DNA of 63,313 bases, the filler included, from Platydemus manokwari (taxonomy: Eukaryota): NCBI GenBank assembly GCA_037951405.1. It is 6 parts of 6 records of this genome, joined end to end, with 100 filler letters (N's around TTAATTAATTAA, not from the genome) between each part and the next. Parts side by side here need not be neighbours in the genome. Positions count along the whole stretch, not along the records: positions 23,252 to 33,051 come from JBBMOY011203099.1; positions 33,152 to 42,093 come from JBBMOY011325206.1; 4 more parts are not named here. One strand, written 5' to 3'. Of the stretch, positions 25,501 through 41,500 are shown one piece after another. The position numbers and the translations under genes were made by a program. The stretch's first letter is position 1, and each line of letters opens with the position of its first letter. A model generated the notes under the pieces. It was not told where the DNA came from and did no database searches. It saw nothing but the letters and a program-made list of their open reading frames with translations.

Positions 25501-28500
25501 TATTCCAAAAACCATAGATTTATTTTAGAAATTTCTACTCTACACTCACTACAAAACATTAATCAAAGTTAATTTATACTATACTAGCAATACGTATAGA
25601 TTTTACATCAAAATATTGTTTGTTTCTTAATCATTCGAATTCACAAACAGAAACTTACTAGAAACTATGCAAGAATCATATTTCCAGAAACCTTGAATTG
25701 ATATGTTCATACAAACTGGTAGTTACCGCTTTTATTTTGAGATTAGACAAGGTTTACTATTCTATTTAGACTCAGTTCGATAAAATCGTTATGACTTTCA
25801 AAAATCATTAATGCCGAATTTTTTTTATCCAAATAAGAGAAAAAATTTAGATATTTTGTTCTGTTTCAAGGTTTTTTCAGTGCTTATCTGTTCGTTTAAT
25901 AAAAAGGTCTTTATGACTTCAAAAGCTTTTATTAGTTAGTGTTTATGTCTTTTAATTTACGTTAATTTATTTTCAAACACTCATATGGAATATTTTATTT
26001 CTCAAGTTTTGATTGGATTTATTGATTTTCTCTGATCCGTATTGGCCAATCCTTACATGTGTGTTATACTGTCCATTTTTCGAATAAGAGGCTTCCATTT
26101 AAGTCTTCTCTCATTGGCTGGTTGCTGTGCCTGTATGGTTTTGTAGACATGTACATGTATAAATTGCCAAAATGAGGGTGCAAAATCATTTTTCTTTTGT
26201 GTGGTTTCATCTTTACTTGAAAATATTATTTATTTTTAACAATTATAGTTGTTTTTTCTTTTAATCATTTTTTTCTTTTATTATTTTGAACCTACACTAT
26301 ATCTTGTCTTAACATTGTAAGATACTTACATCAAAAAATATTATTAAATAAAAGTAAAAATATTCTAATTTCGAGTGTTTATAGTAAATTGTTTGAACGA
26401 AATTCTTTAACTGGGAATAAAATTACCAAGAGTACTTGGCAGTATTTTTACGAAATTGATTGTATGCAAATTTGATAATTTCAATAGTGGAATTCTATAC
26501 ACGGTTTTTCTGTTCTGACTTTATTTAGAGATTGACCATAAATTAATACGCAAACCTAGTCGATTGACATTGCAATTTAACTTAAATAATAATTCAGAGT
26601 AGGTGTAAAATTAAAGATCATGACCTCAACATAAAAAAGTAATTTTTTATAGCAAATAAACGTACACAAACAAACTCAGCGCATAACATAAGCATCGTTT
26701 ATATAAAATTTTCAATTTTGTAATTATAATTATTGTGATAACGTCATATGTTGAAAAATATCGAGTTACAAAGGAAAATAGTTAAGTAAAAATGCAGTCA
26801 AGATAAAGCAAGTTTTCAAGCGATAAATAGGAATTATAAAAGAAGTTGCAAATTCAGTCAATTTTCATATTTTTCAAATAATAAATATGATAACTTAGGC
26901 AGCTAGAACAGAGAATGATTAAGAAGAGTATTAACGATTCGCATTGTAACAAGCAATTTATTACTCGACAAATATAAAAATGTAAGTAATTGAATTTCCG
27001 CTAAATGCGTTTAAGTTTTGTAAATTCTAAGTGAAGTTAGTTCTACGAGCTCTCAGGTAGATCTCAAGCTACATTTAAAGTGTTTCATGTAAAATGGCCT
27101 TTTTTAAATAACTAATGAACTTTGTATCATTCATTATGTTTGTTCTTAATTATTGAATTGTTCGAAATTTATAACAGAGCCATTTATCCTATTTATATTA
27201 TGAATATAAAAATTCAGTGCTGAAGCAACAACTCAAAACTTCAATTTAAAAAACCCTAAGAATGATGTTATTAGATTTCTTTTGTGAACAATCCAGATGA
27301 TGATAAACAATGTCTAAGTCTAATTCTTATTAATAAATAAATTTAAAACATAAATTGGTATCTTGTATGGTTATAATAATTTACAACACGAGTTAATTTC
27401 ATATTCAGATAAAATCAAAATTTATCTGGAAAAATTCATTGCATAGTCATTGGAAACAGGAAGCAAAAATAATTAAGCTTTAACTTTCATTGGATTTTAT
27501 GTTGGTTTTTAAGAAATCACAAAAAGAGTAAGAGTTGTTTTCAGATCATAAAAATAATAATGTCAGTACAAGTGCATGTTATCTATTTAGTGGAAAAAAT
27601 AAATAAACGGTAAAATGCTCAATAAATTTCAAAATAAAATCACAAATTGTTTTCAAATAATCCCCATAAAGGTCACAAAATCAAAACTTCTGAAATATTA
27701 TTATCGATCATAATTCTGCTTGAATAAAGACTAGAGTCGTTTTGATCCAAAAAGCTTTTGAATCGATAGCCCTGCGAAAAGTAAATCGTAATATCGTGAA
27801 TAATATTAATTTATAATCAAGCTAAAATATATATGCAAAGAAAATTCCTTGACAATTGATGATCTAGCACAAATGAAATCAGTTAGAGTTGATTTTAAAA
27901 ATATTATTTCAAATTTGGAAACCAGCTGAATTTTATCCACCAATTGAAATAATTCATTTTTTACATAAGTTTTACTGCATAAATTGATAATTTTAGCTGA
28001 AATTCAAATAATTTCTACTGAATGTATCTGATGGAGATGTTAAAGATAAACTTAAAAAATTATAAACAAATACTTTTAGAAAAATTCTAAAAGAAAATCA
28101 TTAATATCACACTTCAATTAAAATATAAAAATTAATAGAATATACATTCTAAAAAAATTCGTTTAAACGAATCAATTAAAAAATGTATGCGGTATCACTA
28201 TAAGTTGACTCAAACAGCAACTATCAGTCTTTCATGATATGTAACTTTTTTAATCAGCTTTCTATGCATCTTTCAACTTTCAACAATCAACCTTTTATGA
28301 TTCAAAACATCATACGATTTGACGGATGCGTGTAATCAATTTTTAACTCATTATAAATATTCAATGGTAAAAGTTAGTTATTCAAAAAATTATTTTTTAA
28401 CTTGATATACTGAAATGTTGAAAATAGAGTTTAACGAATAAGCACAATAAAAATTTAATAATAATCAATTAAATGTGCAAATAAAATGCATTAAGAGTAA

Positions 28501-29430
28501 GATATAATTAACAATCAATATTATAAGAGCAAATAAGTAGAAATAACACAATAGATAATTAATAAAGATGCCCAGTATTGTAAGGAATATTGGTTGTTTG
28601 AAAGAGAATAAATATAACCAGAAACATATTTCCGAATTAATAAATAATAAGTAGAAAAACAACAAAATTATATTGATTGGAATGCTTTTAGGAAATAAAT
28701 AATATATTAAACAAATTGTATAAATTAATAAGTAATTAATAAAAAATATGTAATTAAAGTTAGAAATTATAAGCTATTTATGAAATTGGGATGAGGCACG
28801 CTTTACGATAAGAAAAAGAATTTGTATTTTGACATATCAATAGAAGCTTCAAAATTAAGCAATAACGTTTAATATTATTATTATTTTAATTGCTAATAAA
28901 GCTGCAAATAACTGGGAGTAGCTTAGTGTCTCGTATAATACGAGACTCGTTGTAATAGCATGAAATAGATTCTGTGTTAATAATTCAAAACTATATTCGA
29001 ACAAAGTCATGTTATATGGAACAATTGATGATAACTTCATTTGAGGTTTAATCTTTGGAGCATTGTTGCACACACATATTTGAATCAGAACCTATTTAAA
29101 TCCCTAAAACTTACCGGGAAACCCGAAATCAGAAAGTGGTGTCGAATATTGATTAGACTAACAATAGAAGCAAGAAAGTATCACCCTAAAATACGGACTT
29201 CCAAAAATAACAAATAAATATCCCATAACGGCAACATTTGTGAATGATCATGACTTATTAAGTAGTCCATAAAAATTATGATATTAATATTTATAATTAC
29301 ATTAATGTTAATAAAATCGGAAAATTTTTAATTATTTAAAAGGTAAATAAAAAAATTTAAAGTTCAAGAGGTACTCGATTGCAAATCCTTCAAAATAACC
29401 CATCACAAATTATAAAACAAATTCCAAATA

Positions 29431-32324
<2,894 letters not shown>

Positions 32325-33399
32325 CTAGAAGAAAACAAGCATGTCACCTGGCATACATTATAAATGAAAATATGTTTATTTTGCAATTGATATGATGATA
32401 ATGTAATTCATATGAATTACTCATAATGTTTATCAGCCATTTTATTCAAATTATATCTAATAGAATCCACAAGTAGTATCTGCCAAAACTTGACAGTGTT
32501 GCCTTATTTTGTAATTAAGCAGATTATGTGTCTAGCAGAATATTAATAATAAATACAAATTGGGTTATATCAATTTATCCGTTCCAAGAAAATTTGTGAT
32601 ATTAACCGAATTTACTAAAAACACGCAAATATTAATTAAAAATGGCTAAACATTAGATAAAAACTAAGAACAATCAATGTATTAGATTCACATATAACTG
32701 GAAATGGTTAATATCATCAATTAATCAATCAATGACCATCAATTTATCTTTGACTGATGTCGTTCAAATTGCAAACAGGATTTTTCAATATGTGATATAT
32801 TTGTCAATCAATCCACTATACTTCATTTAATCACAGTTATTAAAGCAATTTTAAAAATTTCAAAATTTTGTAGTGATATTAAACGAAATAAATCAGACAA
32901 CATATTGCAAATTGTGAATTTTCGATTATGATAACATAAAGTGAGATGATAGTAAATGATTTCTATATATATATATAAATCAAATTGTTATATCATCCTC
33001 TAATTATTTTAACTTTCAATTCACATTTTTATTAATATAAATAATTGATAANNNNNNNNNNNNNNNNNNNNNNNNNNNNNNNNNNNNNNNNNNNNTTAAT
33101 TAATTAANNNNNNNNNNNNNNNNNNNNNNNNNNNNNNNNNNNNNNNNNNNNGTCCCTATTTGAATTCCGAAAATTCTTATATATTTGTAGATCTTCACCC
33201 TTACTATTTATTTGATTTGAATCAAATCGTCATTTCATTTCAACATAGACAGGTTTGGAATCTATGTATCCAATTTATTAAATAGATATTAAAATACTTA
33301 TTTTGAGAGAAAACACAAGTACCTTGTTCCTGGCACTTCTCAATAATTTAGAAATCACTTTTTCATAAAATAACTCTAAAAATCTTAGATATGATTCTG

Positions 33400-33670
33400 A
33401 TTGCTTCTAATGTTAAAAAAGGGGTCCTCTCTAATTTTCAATTAATTGCATTTTGACCTACTTTGATCGGTTTCTCAAATAATTAATTTTTAGTATATCT
33501 GAAAAATCTCGTTCATGTATAATTTGATTCTAGATAGCTAAAATTTTACTCAAGTACTTAAAAAATTGAAAATTTTATTAAAGAATATAGTTAAATAATC
33601 TATAAAGATTTTTGCAATACACTCCATAATTTTATAATTTTATTTTAGGACTCTTTTTTAACTTTAGCAA
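33400..33670. repeat. Dispersed repeat (probable non-autonomous DNA transposon fragment); second copy at ~46588-46850
   Basis: Shared colinear blocks ttgcttctaatg, ggtcctc, gacctactttgatc, aaagaatata, agattttt, tttag.actc. Confidence 0.7.
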
Positions 33671-34797
33671 AAATTGTAACATCGTGACATTTAAATAATC
33701 CTAAAAGTTCTTTCAAAAAAATTATTCTCACTATTCTAAAAGAAGTTTTAAAGACATTTTTCCTTTACTAAGGGAAAATAAATCACCTTTTCATGCACCA
33801 TCATGATGTAGTATCATTAGAATGTTTTCATAACGAACCAACAATATATTTTTACTTTTAAAATATTTAAGGTCAGTTATATTTTTCAGATTACTGATGG
33901 ATACTTGGTTGTGGTTTTATTTAATTCTAAAAGATTTCCAAGTCCTCCTAAGGATTTTTATTGAATGTTCTTCCTCATTCTTCACTGTACATCTCCATAC
34001 TTTTATATTGACTAGCGTTGATTGATTTTAAAAACAAGTCTGTTACCATTATTATAAAGGAAATATTATACGAAACCAATCAATAACTAGCTGTTCATCA
34101 GACTTTGCTGCCGATTGCGGTTTATAAGAATCTTATCTAAAATATATAAATTCGTTTTATAAACTAATTCTAAAAATAAATCGTAATAATCAATAAATTT
34201 GCTGAGTACCAAAATTATTTTGAAATTTACAGCAAGATTGATAAACTATAAATATGCTAAGATAACACATGGAAGGAATAATGTTCCTTATCTGACATTT
34301 AGCAAAATTGTAAGAAAAATTTATTGCCCAGCTCAACAAATATTTCATCCTTCTATCCAAGAAAATGAATTTTTTATTCGATTTAGCTCGATTTCGTCAT
34401 AAGACAAAGAAAAACCAATTGCATAAAATTATCGATGGCATCATATAAATTTGAAGAGTGACATTCAAGCAACATAAAAGAATCTTAAATGAAGGATATT
34501 TGAATTAAATTAAAATTCTCTGAGATGAAACAATGATCAATTTACAACCGTCAAATAAGAAGACTGAAATAATTTATGTACAAAAAAAGGTGCTTTAATT
34601 TATTTGTGTTAAAAAAATAGACTCGTTTTGCTGGTACATTTATGTAAAATAAAGAATTCAATTCAATTATTCTGCTATAAAATCAAAACACTAACAGCTA
34701 TTGATCTCCAGATAAATATAGTGAACCACGTTCTTTATATTTTCTGATAAATGTGAATTCATTGTTTAAATGAAGTGAATATCAATTTCTATTAGAA

Positions 34798-35871
34798 ATG
34801 TTCAAATGGATTAATAAAGTTGCCATTGTCACCGGTGCTTCAGCTGGTATTGGGAAGAATATCGCTATTATATTAGTTGATCACGGATTGAAAGTCGTGG
34901 GATGTAGCAGGGACTTTAACTGCTTAGCTAATGTAAAAAATGAAATATCGAAAGATTCAAAAAGTGAATTCGTGCCTTTCAAATGTAATGTCTCGAAAGA
35001 AGAAGATGTCTTGAAAATGTTTGATTTTGTTAAAGAAAATTTCAATGAGTTGAGTATTTTGGTTAACAATGCTGGTTTAGGTTTTGCAGTAGGAGAATTG
35101 TTTGTCATTTTAATATGATCATGTATGTTTCAGGAATCTCTTCTTCAATGCCGAACTGAAAATATGGAAATAACTATTGGAACAAATGTTTTAGGACTTT
35201 GTATGTGTACAAGAGAAGCCTACAGAATGATGAGAGAAAATGAAAATTTGAATCCAGACTCCAATGAAATACCTGGCCACATAATCAATATTAACAGTTT
35301 ATCTGGTCATAAATTAACGAATTATTCGCGTACGCACTTTTATTCAGTTACGAAATTCGCCGCCAATGCAATAACTGAGGCAACGAGACAAGTAAAATCA
35401 ATAACATATAATTGAAAGCCGTCATGATATCTTTTTTTACCATTTCCATTAGTGATTTTAAAACCACTGATTATTACTATTCACATTGCTAGCTGCACCA
35501 TTTCGGCACTCACAAATGACCGTGTCTATTTATCATTACACGTATCATATTTTTATAATGAAAAATATTTAAAAATTTTAAAAAATCGTTAAATATTATT
35601 TCTTGTGTTTTACTCAGATTAATTTTATTTATGTTAGGAACTGCGAGAAGCGAAATCAAAGATACGAATAACTCAAATTACTCCCGGACTTGTAGATACA
35701 GATATCTTTTTGCGTGCAGGTATCGGATCGAATCTGGATTATATGAAAAATGCTATTGGAGAAATTCTTTTACCATCCGATATATCGGATACCGTCATCT
35801 ATGCTTTGTCGACTGAACCTCGTATTTGTGTTAATGATATAATCATGAGACCAACGAATCAGAAAGAATAA
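34798..35871 (+). CDS. Short-chain dehydrogenase/reductase, DHRS11-like
   Basis: Exons 34798-35088, 35134-35391, 35638-35871. Motifs TGASAGIG, LVNNAG, GHIININSLSGH, YSVTK (YxxxK), ELREAKSKIRITQITPGLVDT, DIIMRPT. Confidence 0.92.
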
Positions 35872-36259
35872 TTATAATTCCGCTGATACAAATTATAAGT
35901 TACTCATTGATCTTGTTTCATATTCACAACGTATATCAACAAATAAGATAAAGATGTGTTTACATTTTTAAGTGTGTTGATGATAAAATTTTCACGTTCG
36001 AGTATTGATCTTAGTTTACATCTTACCGGAATAAATATTAATGCAGAAGTCTTAACTTGATTCGCTTGTTTTGTTAGATTATTATTAGATTACAGTGTTT
36101 TAAATATAAAATGCAATACAACGATTAAATAAATTCCATCCAAAAGACAAGTGGCCTATGTATCCAGGAGATTAGAAGATAATCGCAACTTTCCTAACCA
36201 TAAAAAAATACCGAAGTTCTTCTTAACACCCACACGTTTTGTAAAGCAAATTGTATGTT

Positions 36260-37094
36260 TTCATTTGGTGTCCTACTAATGATATTAAGTACTGTTTAAG
36301 CTGTTTGATTGAAAGTTTTATTTCATTCTTCACTGCCAATATTCTGCATGTTCATCAAGTAATTTGTCCAAGATCACATTCTGATGATTATTTACAAGAG
36401 CAAGATATAGTTATATTTCCTTACATCCAAAAGTACAAGATAAATTTTGGATGAAATTGATAATTGATTTATTCGTATAATTCAGTTAAAATCTCATTTT
36501 TCAAGATGTCTAACAGTTACAAAACATACTTTTGAAACCAATTTTCAATTCTAATTGCTGTCAGAGCAATTTTAGTACAACTATAAAAATGGCTAAATGG
36601 TGTTGGAATCAATCGATGTCCTGACATACCGTTAATATTGATTATATGACCAAGCACTATATGATTCATGTCTTTTGAATTCTCATAAATTAGAATGCTT
36701 CTCTTGTATAAACACAAACATTGATTTCCAATTTTCAGTTTTTCCTTCAAGTATTGAACTCTAAAATCACTGCATTTACGTAAAAATTAATACATAGTTT
36801 TCCAACTTTCAAAACGAATCCAGCATTGTTAGTCATGATACTCAATTCTTTGAAATTTGTTTTGACGTAATCAAACATTTTCAGAATTTCTTCTTCATTT
36901 GAAACATCACATCTGAATGGTATAAATTTGCCTTTGGAATCTTTCGATATTTCGCAATTGACTTTCAATAGATTCAAATTTCTACCACAATCCACAATAT
37001 TCAATCCACAATTAACTTATCTCATAGCTATATCCTTCCCAATACTAGCTGATGCTCCGGTGACAATTGCAACTTTACCGACCCATTTATCCAT
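36260..37094 (-). pseudogene. Inverted DHRS11-like SDR pseudogene
   Basis: MDKWVGKVAIVTGASASIGKDIAMR* (premature stop, G->S in the glycine motif). Also CDVSNEEEILKMFDYVK, NNAG, GHIININGMSGH, YSCTK, with deletions. 3' boundary approximate. Confidence 0.85.
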
Positions 37095-38049
37095 CGGATT
37101 TTCAAATATATCAAATATCTAACTAAAAATTGACTAATCTTATCATGAATATCAATGACCTTCAAACCATGATTGTGCAATAGATCGTGTAAAATTCTAA
37201 ATTACCAATCATATAAGATATCTGATTTTTCTAATTTTATCTAATGTTAATAGACTCATTTCTTTTAAATATTTATGATATTTAATTAATTTGATATTCT
37301 TTTTATTTAGATTGTTTTAATGAATATATTTGTATTAATAAATTGATAAATTCTCCATCACTTCTACAAATTATTAGCTTCATACTTTCAAAGGAAGTTA
37401 TGTCAACGGAAGTCATTATTACAGATTCAAAATTGATAACTGATATTTTATGTGTATTTTAAATCATAGCTTATTTAGTTTATAATTATGTCAGTACCGC
37501 GTGCCCTTGAAATGTATCGCTGGTTATATTTATTAAACATTTTAAATGCCAACAATAAATCCATTCCAAGTAAATAAAACTTATTTATAATATTTATAAT
37601 TTCACGTTTTAAAGAGTTATATCATGAGATTATTCTTTCATTTATATTGCGTTTATCTCTCAATTAATTTTTTCATTGACTTTCGATGTTTAAATATTAT
37701 TTCCAAATCATTAACCTTTGTGGGATAAATTCCAAAAATCGATTTAACTAAACAAAAACTTTTGTAAATCTTAAATTTTCATTTCCAGAATATTTAAATG
37801 ACATCATTTCATCAATAATTTATACAAAGGATTTGATTTACAGTTTCACTGTTGAATATTTTTTTTATTCATTGATTTTCTTAATATTATAATTATTGAA
37901 TTATTATTATTATCTCCATTATTATGATTATTATTAAATAATTGTTATTATGGGGATGTAATGAGTGATATTTTAAAGGCCATTTTATTTATGCAGAAAT
38001 TACTGTGAGGAACTGCATCGATATAATATATGATAGATGAATTACTTCA

Positions 38050-38560
38050 ATCAATATTGCTGTATGCAAATAATATCGACCTGGCCATCTGATCTGAAAT
38101 AAATACAAAATATGATAATTCCGGATTCTTTGTAGTTCTGTTAACAGAATCAGTAGTTACAGGATTTATTAAAATACAAATTTGGATTGTTCTGCTAGGA
38201 TTGATTTTGACCTGCTTGGGTCTTAAGGCATCGATATGTGACGTCATCGGCGCAGTAGAGGCACAGCCTGCTACAATGTTCCATTTTTCTTTCACTCATC
38301 TCTGCTTTGCATTGGGGATTTTTCGATTGTTTTTTTGTTATTGTATAAAATCGATCAAAGCACCGGTCGACTGGAAATGTCAAATTTTCATTGAATGTTC
38401 AATATTTGAAATTACTCACTGTTTGACCAGGTTTTTGATTTTATTCTTTGGCACGCCAATCTTCGCCAGAATGGCTTCTGTTGAGGCTGGAACTGTACCG
38501 AGTGAGCCAATAATACAAGTGAAAAGCTCAATATTGAAATCTGGTTTAAGTATCCCTTAA
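38050..38560 (-). mobile_element. RLE-clade non-LTR retrotransposon extreme 3' fragment
   Basis: KPDFNIELFTCIIGSLGTVPASTEAILAK...SNIEHSMKI, nucleotide-alignable to ~19060-19200, followed by a putative 3' UTR. The listed + strand ORF is its antisense. Confidence 0.8.
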
Positions 38561-41500
38561 GTAACCCTTAAGTATCAGTAATCAATCAGGGGCATTGTAA
38601 TCAATTCTTTCTTATTGGATAATGATTTTTAATTGGTGCATACCTACAAAAAATCTGATTATTCATTTCTGGTCAGATGTTTCGATCTCGCATAGAACGT
38701 CTCAAAGTTGTTTCCATGGAAAGAAAATTTCCTTCAATGATTGGTCGATATTTATTGATATAAATATATGAATTGTTTTTCAAATGAAAAAATATTTAAT
38801 CGATGGATTTTATTTTTGTCTAAATGATACCTCACATATATTCACATCTTATTAATGTCTCGAATGAGATGTGTTTCAACATTTATTCATTATTTCTATA
38901 TATTGATTGTGACAGAATTTTGTAAATTGAAAATAGTTTAAAATATATTCATCATTTGACCAATAGAAATTGTGGTGATATTTATAAGGCGATACACGTT
39001 CGTTTCTGCTGTTAATAATAGCTACTCCATTGAAAATTGACGATTCAATGGAGGAATTCATTCCTGTGATTTTCATAAATTAATTATGAAAACAAAACAA
39101 ACATTTTTTCAACAAATTTCCGGAGCGCTAATCTTGATCAGCCATATATATATATATATGTGTGTGTGCGTATACATGCATAGATTGTCAATGTGCATGA
39201 CTATTTTAATTTCTATAATGTATCTTGGTGAATGTGTCACTAAGCGATTTTCTAATATATCTGCAAACATATATATATGTGTGTGTGCGTGTGTGTGTGT
39301 TCATAAATTGCGATAACCAATATATGGTTATGTGTATAGAGCAGTGGCGGACTGTCCGCAATTAAGAATTACTCACGAACATAATGATTTTTATAATTAA
39401 ATTCTTAAAATTTTAAATGAAAACAAAAGGTCCAAGAGTAGCTGACATGGGATATTTTGGAATTGAAAGCATTATTTTGAAAATAACTTGCAAGTATGAG
39501 ATAATTTTCCAGGAAATTGCTGATTGATAAATTTCAAAATTTTTCAAACCGAATTCACAGTAGAGCTAAATTTGAAATGTTGAAGAATTGAAAAGGATTT
39601 TTTAAAAGTTGTTTTCTTCTGTTTTAAATGACAGTTCAAATGATTTATCGAAATATTCGTCGCGTTCAAACCAGTCAAATTGAAAATCCTATTGGAAAGA
39701 TGATTTAATAAATACCAATATCTTTGTGCCACTGATGAGCGAATATTCAATATTTGGGCCCGAAAATATTTAATTCCAAATCATTAATATGGCCATAAAT
39801 AAGAAATGGATTAATTAGAATTTCACCAAAAATAATAATTATAAATTTAGCTTAAAGTAATTCTAAAATTGGCTCTCATCTGAAAATTAGTTCATCATAA
39901 GCCACATGATTTTTGTCACTTCATTATAAATCGACAGAATTTGATTAAATTTCGAGAAACCAATATCAGACATAAGCCATCATTCAACAAAATAACACTT
40001 TTAATTTCTGTGATCGCTTGCCTTGGTTAAGTTTTATTTACGAAAGGATTTCCAGTATATCAATGGAAATGCCCATGTCAACATTCCTGGACTTTGTAAA
40101 ACTAGTAATTCATCTATTTCCTTGAAAACGCCGCATCGGGAAAAAAAGCGAATTACTTGCCAGATATTTGACATCAATGCTGTCTCTTGAATTTTTCTTC
40201 TGCCACTGTTGAGGCAGTTTTGATTGATGAAAATTCCTATCATATTGTGGGATTATTAAGAAGTTACTGAAGTAGTATGGTGGTAGTTAAAAGAAATTAT
40301 CAACACCAAACATATAATATTATATTTGGAATGATGTGACAAATCGATTGGATATCGAACCATTGCTTTCACCCATATATCACTTGACATGAAGAATTGT
40401 TAGAAATGTTGATATCAAAACTTTCAGTTATGCAAATGAAAGGTAGTGTAGTATAATTTATTCCATTAAACAGCGAAGTTTATACGATTCTGATGAATTT
40501 TCTGAGCGAGAATTATCACAGCGAATTTCGTGAATATTTTATTACTTTCATTCGTTTATAAATCATTTAACGGTTTCGTTAGTTGTATTTTTTATATTGG
40601 TAATATCTTGGTTATTTTTTTAAAAAAAATTGAAAAAAATAATATTCATTTTTCAAATGATATCAACCTACAAAGCTCAAATACGACGCGCGAAAGAGAC
40701 TAATAACAAATACTTATCGAAATAAACGTATGTTCGATATTTGTGTCTGTTAAATTTGAGGCTTCATTATCAAATCATATCGAAATATCTTTTATAATTC
40801 CCATTATTTACAAAGTCACCGTGTATTTATCGATTTTTCCGAATTACTCAAAATTAAAGATTTATAAAAATAATTTGATTTATTCTAACTTAAAGATTTT
40901 CACTTCTATGATTTTTGATTTGTCTACAGAAATTATTTAAAAAAAATTGACATTTTTGTAACCATTTTTTCAAACAGTAAGTTTTCGATTATTAGAAAAT
41001 TTACTTTTTCTACTTAAAGTATCTTTATTTTTATAATATGCTCTCAATGCCTACCATTATGTTGGTAACACACTTGGACGCGTGTCCTTTAGATCTGAAG
41101 AACAAATCAAACATTTCCAAAAATAAAAATCAATTATCAGTGCCAGCATATAATAACTTTCCTTTAGGTTTTCTTCCCTATGATGTCCCATGTGTGCTCT
41201 ATGAATTCTGTTGATAGTGATTACTAGTCCTGTTATCACCATGATTTCAAAAGCATTATAATAATACCATTAAATGAACGTGTATGCAATCTGTTGTGAG
41301 AGGGTACACAAAATAAATTAACTGAAATCAAAATTATTATTGCTACTATTATTATTACTATTATTACTATTATTATTAATAATAATATTATTATTAGCAT
41401 CATTATTATAATTATTATTATTATAAAGGTTTATTAGAATAATATTTTTCCATCCTAAAAATAAACAAAGCGATAATAAATAAAATAATTTTCAAACATG

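Noticed and set aside
39725-39795. Hammerhead-like CTGATGAG...CGAAA
   Set aside because: Stem II needs a bulge at the core and stem III/NUH does not pair in register.
40013-40031. Resemblance to the U2 snRNA 5' end (ATCGCTT...CCTTGGTTAAG)
   Set aside because: Gapped short match without the branch-point recognition sequence.
39342-40208. hAT-like ends CAGTGGCGGA...TCTGCCACTG
   Set aside because: No matching 8-bp TSD, and two alternative right ends.
40487-40535. miR-2-seed hairpin (TATCACAGC)
   Set aside because: Hairpin too short (~49 nt) and poorly paired for a pre-miRNA.
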